NCBI GenBank assembly: GCA_048213135.1 | Contig: PS015252.1 | Location: 1-38,913, forward strand | Direction: 5' to 3' | Origin: Reclinomonas americana ATCC 50394 | Lineage: Eukaryota | Length of the DNA: 38,913 nt | Part shown: positions 23,801 to 34,662 of the stretch, piece after piece | Numbering within the stretch: the stretch's first letter is position 1 | Layout: every line of letters starts with the position of its first letter | Program-made: the position numbers and the translations under genes | The notes under the pieces: model-generated | Database searches by the model: none | What the model was told of the DNA's origin: nothing | The model's input: the letters and a program-made list of their open reading frames with translations, nothing else

Positions 23801-26800
23801 CACACGCGTACAAGAAGCACCACTGCGTTTCTTCATACCGCACACACAAAGTCAGCGCCGAATACGACGGCAGCGATCCCGACGACAGTGACGACGGAAT
23901 GAACTGTGCCACGCCAACAGTGCCAGAGGCAGTCACCGAGAACGCGCCGAGTGATGTTCCAGCAGCCGCCACACCACCGGCGCACGACGACGGTGATTCC
24001 ACCAGCAGCGCCAACATGTCGCTCTCGGGCAATCGCTGTCCTTCCAGTGTCACCGGTGTGGACACCATGTTGCTCAGAACAGAAGGCGATATGCGAGTGA
24101 TGGACGGCTCTGCATTATCACACGTGTGAGTAACGATGGTGCAGTGACACGTGCACGCAACTGCTGTCGACGCACGACACACCTTGTTTGTCGATGCGAA
24201 CGCCCATCGCGCTCACAGGGTACGAAATGGCAAACGGTGCGCGCCTGCCAGCAGAGGTAAGATGCGAGAACATAGGGACACCACGCGGGGGCGCTGACGC
24301 AACTGGAGGCAGGCAAATAATGGAGTGGACGGACTGGCAGTGGCCAGAGGGGTGGCACGGACGGACACGGTCAACTGCTTGCCGTCCGGGCTCACAGTGG
24401 TGCTTGATGCATCGGCTGCGAGTGCTGGTGCTGCGGCAGAAGCGGTGGAACACGAGCCGGGATCTGTGGTGAACAGAATCCGATCTACACGGACGGAGAG
24501 ACGAGTGAGAGGCAAGACGCAGAAGCGCGAATCAAGTGCTGGTAAGAGCAGACCTGTTGGCAGCAGCTGACTGCCGCGCAACGTGAATGTAGTCGTTCCA
24601 TACTGATTCACCAGCAGTGGAGACAGCGAGTCGACACGACCTGGATGCACAACGTGCACGGTGTGAGAGAGGATGGATCTGATAATCAACGCAGCTGTGC
24701 AAACCTTCACAGTTGGTGCCAAATGTCGGTTGAGCACATGCTGGAGCGGTGGAAAAGGAAATGACGCTGCCGGTGACGTTGTACGTGCCACCGGACAACA
24801 CACAGCGGGCACGAACGTAGTACTGTGTTGCCGGAGTGAGGGACGTCAGCTTCGCGGTCAGCGAAACTGCCGCAGTTCCCGTGATCGGAGGCATGGTCGG
24901 CAAAGTCACGGTGGTTGTGTTCATGCTCCCGAATGCAGCATCGGTGGACACATGAAGAACGGCAAGCGCAGCCCCCAACGCCACATTTTGAGGGTCAATG
25001 GAGACTGTCACTGTTGCACCAGTGAACGCGATGGAATCCACACTGGTGCCGAGAACCACGGGTGCAGACGGAGTGGTGAATGCCAGCGGCGCACTCGATT
25101 GCACTGGCACACCACCACCAGCACTGGCCACCACTCGAAAATAGTACGACGTGGCCGGAGTAAGGCCAGTGAGTGAGGCAGAGACTGACACGGACGAGGT
25201 GCCACCGACCACAGCAGGTGACACGCCAGTCGCTTGATTCACTGTGCCGATGACGAAAGTCGCAAATGTAGAGTACTCCATCGAGACAGCAACGGCGGTT
25301 GCACTGGATGGATCTACAGAGCCAACGAGAACCACTGCCACTGGACTTGTTGGAGATGCACCACTGGCCACCGGCACTGGCAGTCTCAACGTGGTGAATG
25401 ACAGCGCACCACTGTACTGCACAGGCGCTCCACCACTTGTCGTNNNNNNNNNNNNNNNNNNNNGCCGGTCGATGTGGCCGCGATACGGAAGTAGTACTGC
25501 GTGTTCGGTGCCAATCCTGTTGCACTTCCTGTCACTGGCGTGTCCATGCTGCCGCTGACGGTGGTCGGTGACACTGCCGATGCATTCAGTATGCCACTCG
25601 CGAAAGTCGCGGACGTAGAGTACTCAATCGACACAGTGACCGTCGGTCCACTTTGTGCGTTCACACTGCCACTCAGCGTCGCTGACACGGCGCTCGTCAC
25701 AGTGGCGGATGAGCTGGTGGCAACAGGAAGGTTGAATGGTGTAAATGGAACCACGTTGCCGTACCGCACAAACGCTCCACCACTCGTGGTGGCCACAATG
25801 CGGAAGTAGTACTGCGTGCTTATCGTGAGACCGGCTGCACTACCAGTCACATTCACGGTGCTGGTGCCGCTGACGGAGACTGGCGACACTGCAGATGCAG
25901 TGAGCACACCAGTCGCAAACGTCATGGATGTGGAGAACTCGATCGACACGGTGACCGTCGATCCACCTTGCGCGTTCACCGTGCCTCCCAGCGTCGCCGA
26001 TGTCGGGCCTGTCACCACAGCCGCCAGACTCACAACCAATGGCACGTTAAGCGTTGCAAATGTTGCCGACATGGACTCCTGCGCTGGCGATACACCCTGA
26101 ACAGTGCTTGCGAACTTGAAACTATACGTGGTGGCTGGGCTGAGTCCGCTCACAACGGCAGTGACAGTCACAGCAGTGGATCCCGTGATGGGCGCAACAG
26201 GAGTGGTGTTCGTCACGGTGATCACATTGGCGGTGAACGCGGCGTCGGTGGCCACAATGAATGACACTGTATCGGCGCGACCATTGGAAGGATTCACCGT
26301 CCCCGACAGTGTCGCCGACCCGGCTGTTATAATCGTGGCACTTCCGATCGTCACAATTGGCAGCCCCGGGGTTGTTGCCGTCAGAATTGAACCACGTTGC
26401 GGCGAATTGCCAACCACGACAGCCACCACACGATACGAATAGCTCGTGTTTGGTTGGAGGCCGACGATGACCGCCGACACTGTCTGCGATCCACTGCCAG
26501 AGAACGGCCCAGCCGGCGTGGTAGTCGTCACCACCGTCACGCCACTTGACAGGTCCGCAACGAGACTGTACTCAAACGTGACGGTGACTGCGCTGTTGTT
26601 CTTCGGATCAACAGTGCCATTGAGGGTGATTGTCGTCTGGAACATAGAGGAGGCGGCCACCGTCGTGACAGTGGGGTTGCCGGGGGCGATGAAGAACAGT
26701 GTTGCACCCTGCAGCACCTGCATCGTGGCCGTCACTGTCACAGCAAAGCGAAAGTAGTATGTCGTCAGCGGAGTGAGACCAGTGACAGTGGCCGCGACGT

Positions 26801-29800
26801 CTATGCGAGTAGTGCCAGTGTAAGGTGACGAGGGCGTCAGATTGCTCACGGTGGTGACGCCTGTGGCCAGAGTCGATGACGTGCTGTACTGGAACACGGC
26901 CGTGCAGCTCTGGCCAGCAGGATTTAGTGCGCCGCGGAACACCACACTCTGCGGAGTCAGGTCGGTCACTGCTGACGTTTCCACGGTGGAAAACGAAAGA
27001 GCTGTACCCAGTTGCGGTGCCATCAAGTCCACCGTCGTGCCAACCACACGATAGAAGAAGGTAAGAAGGGGACTGAGGCCAGTAACCGTCGCACTAACAC
27101 TGATGGGTGCTGTTGAAGTCACAGTCGCGGAAGGCAAGATATTGGTGACAGAAACCACACCAGTTGCAAAATTCGAGTCCGTCGAGTACTGAAACGAAAC
27201 CGTCACTGTGCTGCCGCCATTGGTTCCCACAGAGGCGTTGAGAATGGCACTGCTGACGGTCACGGCGGTGGCGGCTGTGGTGGTCAGCGCCGGAAGCGGA
27301 CGAGTGGAGAACGACAAGATGGCACCATTCAGCGTGGTTGAATTGATGGTCACCGTCACCTGGAAGAAGTACGTGGTGCTGGCTGACAGCCCACTGACAG
27401 TCGCACTGATCGCGACAGCACCGGGGACCGAGTATGGGCCAGCGGGCGACACGGACGTCACGGTGACCACGCCGGTGGCGAGCGTTGGCGATGTGGAATA
27501 CCGGAATGAAGCACTCGCAGCGCCCAGTGCGCCAGGGTCGAGTGAGGCATTCAGAACGACAGACACTGGCGCGACACTGGTGGCTGCCAGGGTGAGGACA
27601 GTTGAGAAAGATTTGGGTGCGTCGGATACCCCAGATGGTGCATCAACAGAAGTGCCAACAGCACGGAAGTAATATGTACGACTCGGCAACAGACCAGTGA
27701 CAGTGGCGGTTACGGTCTGGGCGGAGTTCCCTGTAAACGGACCCGCAGGCGACGTGCTTGACACGACGACGACACCAGTGGCAAACGTGGAGTCCAGCGA
27801 CACTTGGAACACGATTGTCACAGTCGCACTGTTGTTTGGGTTCACAGAACCAGCCAGAATGACGGTGTCAAGTGCTGTCAGTGTGGCACTGGTTGTCGTC
27901 ACCGAGGGCAGCGCTCTTGTCGTGAAGGTGCCTGAAGACGAACATGTCGGCACCGCATCACCGGTCACAGTTGCACAGATTCGCCAGCGCACAGCAGTGG
28001 AAGGAGCCAGGCCAGTTATCGTTCCGCTACTCACTGTGACAAAGGTACTGCCGGTGAGGGGCATGGCTTCGGCGGCCGGCTGCGTAACCAATGAGCCACT
28101 CGCGAATGACGTGTCTGCCGATACCGTCACTTGAAAGACAACTGCCGACACAATGTTGTTATTGGGTGAAACAGAACCAGTTGAGGCAACAGTAGTGGAG
28201 GTGAATATTGGTGTGACGCCACTAATCGAGGCAGCAGCACCGATTCGTCCAACGAAAGACAATAGTGATCCACGTACAACCGTCATCCCCGCATCGTTGC
28301 TTGCAGCAGTTCGATAAAAGTACGTTCTGCCTGGTAGGGCGCTCACATCAGCGCTGACCGCAGTCGCTGATGATCCGCTGACAGTTGGTGGCGTGGCGGT
28401 GGTCGATGTGAGTGTCGTAGGTCCCTGAATTCGCCGGACCTTCGTGTTGCCGACGTCACCGACGAACCATGAGTCGGACGCAGCGTGGTACGCAACGTGT
28501 GGGGCACTGGTCGAGAATCGCGCCATAGACGCCGCACCATCGATGGCGGTTCCTGTTGTGCCGCATGTGCCAGCAAAGGTGCTCATGGTATTGCTCACGG
28601 GGTCGTACTTTCTGTGCCATCAGTGCCGATAAGATACATGTAGATCTGTACGAATGGTTCGAACAAAAAACAGCCGAAACAACAAAGACGACTTACCGAA
28701 TACAACCTCCACTTGCGGAAGACGTCCCGAAGTACAAAGTTCCGCCGCCATCCACCGCAAGGGCAGAGAATGCCGCAGAAAAACTCACAGCTTGATCAAC
28801 AGTATCTAAGTTCTGGGTTACGGCAGACGAAAGCGTGAGATCCACCGTGCGCGTCACTGTGTTGTATCGTGACAAAGTAGTGGTGTTAGAGTTGAAATAG
28901 ATAAATGTGTCGCTGGGGTCAATAGCCAACTGAGTTGTGAAAGAGCCAATCACGGCACCAGTTGTTGTTCCCTCAGAGATTGTGGCTCCCGGAATCGTAA
29001 GCTGCTGTACCGCTGTGATCCACCCTCCAATGTACAGAATAGACCCATCGCTCCGCATTGCAGCTCCGCTTGAGTAATCCACCAAAGCCGCAGCACTGCC
29101 AGTACCGCTTGGTGGAGAGGCGCACGAACTGGTCGACGTGCCCGCAAATGTAGTCACAGTGGCAGACGCCACAGACACTCGGCGCACCGCACAGTAACTT
29201 CCAGACGTCGCACTGACGACGAAGAGATCGCCAGTGGGGGGGTGCACTGCAAGGCCGGCTATATTCTGGAACGATGCACTCGCGCCGGTGCCATCTGCAG
29301 TTCCAGCTGTTGTACTGCCAACGAAAGTTGACGCAACACCGGCAGATGTCACTCGCAAGATGCCCCTATGAACGCTGTTTGCCATGTACAGATTGCCCGA
29401 CGCATCGGCCACAAGCCCCGCCTGGGTCCCCGGTGTGACGCTTGTGGCAAACGTGCTCACCACTGGTTCACCGACCTCGAACCACACGCTGGTCGTGGAT
29501 GCTGCATCGTTCGCATTGACAGTTCCGTTCACCGTGGTGGTCGATGTCGAGGTGCCGACTGCAGCACCGGTGGTAACCGACGGCAATGTTTGCGTGTAGA
29601 ATGTCACAATGCTACCATTCTGTGCCGCAGACACGCCAGTGATTCGAATCACCACACGGAATCCGTACGTTGTCATGCCCGCGAGGCCAGTCACAGCGCA
29701 ACTCAGAGAAATATTGCTTGCGCCAGTGTACGGACCAGCTGGACTCACAGTTGTGCAAGTTTGCACACCAGAGGCCAATGTCACATCAGTTGAGTACTCG

Positions 29801-32353
29801 AACACGACACTGTCAAGCGGGACCGTGTTGGGATTCAGTGAGGCGCGCAGGGTGACAGTGCTCTGCTGCACATCAGTCGCCGAGAGTGTGCTCCATGTCG
29901 GCATTGTCAGCGTGGTGAACGACACTGGTGTGCTGTTGACGGTGCCCGCTGCAGTGACGAGTACCGCCTGAAACCAATACTGTGTCGAGGGACTCAGTCC
30001 GGTGGCGGTGCCAGACACTGTAATCGTGGCAGTTCCAGCGTACGGAGCAGCTGGTGCCACCGTAGTGATAGTCGTCACACCCGTCACAAGTGTAGGGTCT
30101 GTGGAGGAAAACTGAAAAGTCAACGACGTAACACTGTCTCCGCTCGGCGGCAACACGGCCGCGTTGAGCACCGCAGACACAGGGCTGATGCTCGATGACG
30201 TCGTACTTGCAGTACTCGCCGTCACGGTGCTTCCCAGAAGTGGTGGCGCGAGCTCTGAAGAGGTGAGACGTGCTCGAAAGTACCACTTCGTGCTACCATT
30301 GAGTCCAGTCACTGTTGCAGACACCGTAACGTTGCCTGACCCAGTCTGCGTTCCAGCCGGTGTCACTGTGGACCACAACTGCACCCCAGTACTGAAGCTG
30401 CCGTCCGTCGAGTAATCAAAAGCAACAGTCACTTCCGCACTGCCTTTAGGGTTCATCGTTACAGCAACTGAAACTGAAGATGGAGTGCTGGTTATCACGC
30501 TCGTTGAAACGACAATTGGGAGCAGGGCTGTCGTCGCATTGGCCACTGAGCTGATAACTGACTGACTGGTGTCACTCGCCGGTACTGCCGTGCAGCGGAA
30601 GTAGTAGGTGGTGTTGGACGTCAATCCCGAGGCTGTGGCGGAGACGGTGGTGCCCGCCGTGGCAGAGGTGACGGAGCTGGAGGCCGTGAGTGTCTGTAAG
30701 ATGGGCGACATACTCATGGCTGTCGAGAGTGTCACAGTTACTGCACAGGCGCCGCCGTTGTTGGTGGTGATCGGGCAACTCAGCGAGAGCGTGAAAGATG
30801 TCTTTGTGGCAGTCGGCGTTCCCAGCGTTGGCAGGTTGAGAGTGGTGGCAAGCTGTGCTGAACCACGAGTCGCAGTGGCTCCATTGTTGTTGGTCGCTGC
30901 CGCCTGGAACACGAAGGTAGTCGATGGCGACAGACTGGAGATAGTGGCGGAAACGGACACTGGCGTGGTGCCTGTCAGGTTGGCCGGCGACGCACTGGCC
31001 AATGAAAACGTGGTCGGATAGGAGATCCGACGGAGGCCTGTGGGAGGAATGGAGAAACAAGATGCGAGATGAGTGACGACGCAACGCATCGCGGCACACT
31101 GATAATTTGAACACAGCGACTACCATAGCTGGGACCATCATTGACCAGCAGCGAGTTGGATTGGCTGATATGAACAATTCCACTTGTGTACGGCTGCAAG
31201 TGGAATTGTGCAATGCTCGTCCCGCCGTCGGTGCTGCCCCTAGAACCGCAGCGCCCGGCGTATGTCGTTACGCTGCCAGAGGGCGTCACTCGGCGGATGC
31301 AGGAGTTGCCAGCGTCCACCACAAACAGGTTGCCACTGGCGTCCATTGTCAAGCCGCCGAGAGTAGAAAATGTTGCCGCAGCACCCACTCCGTCTGCGCT
31401 GCCTCGGTCACTGCTCCCCGCGACTAGCGAGATAGCAGCTGTGCCCAGATCAATTACTAAAACGTTAAAAGTAGTTGACGTCATAAACGCTTGTTGGCCA
31501 GATGGACCGATGACAATTCCGTAACACGACACACTGGTAGTCACCGTCGAAACATTTGCAGTTGTCGTTTGAACAGCACGGAGTCCGTTTGAATCGCACA
31601 CATACAAAGTCGAGCCGTTGTTGGTGACGGCAAGTCCATTCGGCGTGTTGAATCGAGCTGCAGAACCAACGCCATCCGCCGAACCGAGCGATAATGCGGA
31701 TCCAACGAAAGTCGTCACGACACCGCTTGCCGTTACCTGCAGATGTGCAGCGACAACTTGAATCTTCTGCAAACGACAAGTGGACAGCGGGGAATGCACG
31801 TAACTCGTCGTATTGTGTTGCCTACCCGGTCAGCCACAAGGTAGTCACCGGAAGGTGAGTGTACAGCAATGCCAACGGGATTTAAAAACCGGGCAGCTGC
31901 GCCAGTCCCGTCAGCGGATCCCGCCACGTTGTACGTTCCTGCCACAACAGTCACTACGCCAGCTGTGCTGATGCGGCGTACGACGTTCGCCTCCGTTGCA
32001 GCAATCACTAGGTTTCCGGCTGCGTCGTATGCCATGTAACCACTTGCATCGACACCAGTCAATAGCGTCTGGACTGTGCTCACTTGCAGCTCGGCATACT
32101 CAAAGAATCCGTTCGTGGCCGTGGATGCTCCATTAGGGTTGACAGTGGCGTTGAGAACGACACTGCTCTGAGTCGGTGACGAGGCGGCACTCGTGCTGAC
32201 GATGGGGTCAATCTGGCCGCACACTGGGGCAGCCAAGACGACCAGCGCTGCGATGACGACGATGGCGACGACAAGAGGAGAGGTGGTGTTGGGTAGAGGT
32301 TGATGCAGTGGGCGCTCGCGGCGGTGGTGGCGGTGGTGCAAGACGGACGACAT
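20860..32353 (-). CDS. Giant type I membrane protein (over 3000 aa): signal sequence, at least 17 FN3-like domains, two NHL beta-propellers, ~5 IPT/TIG-like domains, TM helix, disordered cytoplasmic tail
   Basis: Leader LVVAIVVIAALVVLAAPVCG. ~100-aa repeats xLxGTVNP...FEYST...GLxPxTxYYFR. NHL motifs GSADGTGAAARFLNPVGIAV and DAGNSCIRRVT. TM AALLAALLLAWWFVW followed by RRRR. About 16 frame-consistent introns; gap at 25444-25463. The start (32353 vs 32389) and the last exon are less certain. Confidence 0.85.
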
Positions 32354-33113
32354 GTGCGTACACGACGGCGCAAAACGCTTCCCACACATTGATGTTGCGA
32401 ATGATGGCCTCCGTGCTGCAGACGTTGCTAGCAACTCTCCTTGGGTGTGCGTGTGCGCCGCCCTCTGCAAGTGTGTGGAAGAGATGCAGACGAGTCAGGT
32501 GAGCAGCTCTTGCCGACGCAAATTGATGCACCGAACATGCACTCACCGTTCCGGAAACGAACGTGCTGCACACGAGCGAGTCGTGGTGTTGACGAGGGAG
32601 AGAAGGAGAGAGTGCGAGGGATAAGAGAGTAAAAGAACAAGGACGCGTGGTAAAGTCGCAGAGAGGAGTGGGGGACGCAATACAAATGGGGCCAATTGGG
32701 AGTCAAATTGCAGTCAAGCACACGGCTGGACACGCACAGCACGGGACGAGAAAGAAACGCACACACGCGAGGGCATTGCGCCACATGCAATACTATGTGT
32801 GCAGCAGTCAACAGAGGACTCTGGCCGACATTAACGCTGTGTCCACCAATATCGATAATGAGAAGTTCGGCCAACCCAATAACGACGAGAGCAGCGACGC
32901 ACCTGCATCGTGAAGCTGCTCACTCGGAGCGACANNNNNNNNNNNNNNNNNNNNNNNNNNNNNNNNNNNNNNNNNNNNNNNNNNNNNNNNNNNNNNNNNN
33001 NNNNNNNNNNNNNNNNNNNNNNNNNNNNNNNNNNNNNNNNNNNNNNNNNNNNNNNNNNNNNNNNNNNNNNNNNNNNNNNNNNNNNNNNNNNNNNNNNNNN
33101 NNNNNNNNNNNNN

Positions 33114-33345
<232 letters not shown>

Positions 33346-34437
33346 CTTGCAAGTCGTGTGCATCTTTATCACGTTGATCATGGTGTGGGCGGTGGTCAGT
33401 CAGACTGTGCTCTGCGAGGCCGGCTTGTGCATTGCCGCGTGTGGACGCTTTGTGTGTGTGCAACTGATGGCGGGAGCGCATTTGGTGCTGGCGGCGGCTG
33501 CACGTTTTCCGCGCATTATCAATCTCAGTGATGGATCCAAGGCGTGGAGTCTGCCGTTTACGATTCCGTTGTTGTTGGTGCAGACGGCATGTTGAGTACT
33601 GGAGAAGGGAGGGAAGGGGGGATGAGAAGGATGCATCTGCTTGACGCGACAGCGAAGAGAGGATCTGGGAGCTCTGTTGTCTTTGGAGAGGAAGGGAATG
33701 AGAACGAGGTGAACGCAGTGCGTCTGCGAGTGCTTCGATAGAGCGGCAGCATTTACAGTGTGAGAGCAGAGAGGGAGAGAGGAGCGACATGTCTGCCTGA
33801 CTCTCAGCGAGAAGGTGGGATTTTTGTATTCGGAGGGAGGCGGTAGAGTCTGAGAGATTTTGAGGCGAGCACTGTGTACTCTTCTTCGTCGATTGCAGCT
33901 GTTGTCTGTGCGTAGGATGGGAACTAGAGCGAGAGTGAGTTTGGTGAACGGAGAGATGAGGCGGTGTCCTGGAGTGCATGAGCGCTCACGAGTCCTCTCG
34001 TTTACCTCTCTCTCTTCCTCCTCACAGCATTCGGTGAAAGCACGTGCTACTCGCCTCGTGATTTATCAGGCTCTGTTGTCTCTCTCCTTTCTCCGCCTTC
34101 CTCTCCCTCGCTCTTTCTCTTCTCTGAAGAATAGCACACTACAGTTGATCCAGTGGAAAGGTTAGTGAGAGAATCGCGTTGGGTGTGGCTTCCCCGAGTC
34201 CTTATTTTCGCTCAGCGGATTATGATACACGCAGCAGTTGTCGTCTTCGTGATATGTGGTGTTGCCCTTCCCTTCTATCCCTTCCCCTAATCCTCACCCT
34301 CCCTTCCCCCTCCCCACGCAGTCGCCGTGGTCTACTACGTCTACATGTTTCGCGCGGTGGAGCAAATGGCCCACCCGCGCCACTACGGCCGCGTGGCTGG
34401 ACTCGGCATGCGCTCTGGCATGCGCACTGTGCCATGA
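33346..34437 (+). CDS. TMEM138: Ciliary transmembrane protein 138; last two exons (33346-33590, 34322-34437), 5' exon(s) lost in the gap
   Basis: LQVVCIFITLIMVWAVVSQTVLCEAGL...W...LLLVQTA-F-AVVYYVYMFRAVEQMAHPRHY aligns with remembered TMEM138 IQD..[39 protein letters not shown]. Confidence 0.8.
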
Positions 34438-34662
34438 TCGCCGACCAGCGGCGAGTGAGCGCCACCACCAACCTCAACCACGAGCTCTTTTTTTTTTGCT
34501 CCACTACGAGATGAGGCCGCGCGCGAGAGACACAGAAAGTCTTCCCTGCGCCGCTGCGCACCAGACGCAATGTCGACTCGGAGACAACACGCACTCGCCA
34601 CGAGAGCGGCGCATCTAATGAACGCGTTCCCCACATTTTTTACTCCTTCCCTGCACCCTCCT

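Noticed and set aside
24155-24161. Additional in-phase GTTGCGT donor candidate
   Set aside because: An equally in-phase AAG|GTGTGT lies 21 nt upstream; ambiguous, so not counted.
25501-31021. Series of ~100-150 aa plus-strand ORFs with regular spacing
   Set aside because: Antisense shadows of the Thr/Val/Ser-rich FN3 repeats; their stops fall opposite the conserved Tyr codons.
31079-31085. GTTGCGT inside an intron of the giant gene
   Set aside because: It is phase 0, but the acceptor needs phase 1; an upstream G|GTAGTC fits. Not counted as a shifted donor.
32770-32902. Minus-strand frame VAALVVIGLAELLIIDIGGHSVNVGQSPLLTAAHIVLHVAQ, loosely like the missing TMEM138 N-terminus
   Set aside because: It is on the wrong strand, overlaps the aligned Q of the next exon and has no compatible donor. 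It may be chance or 5' UTR of the giant gene.
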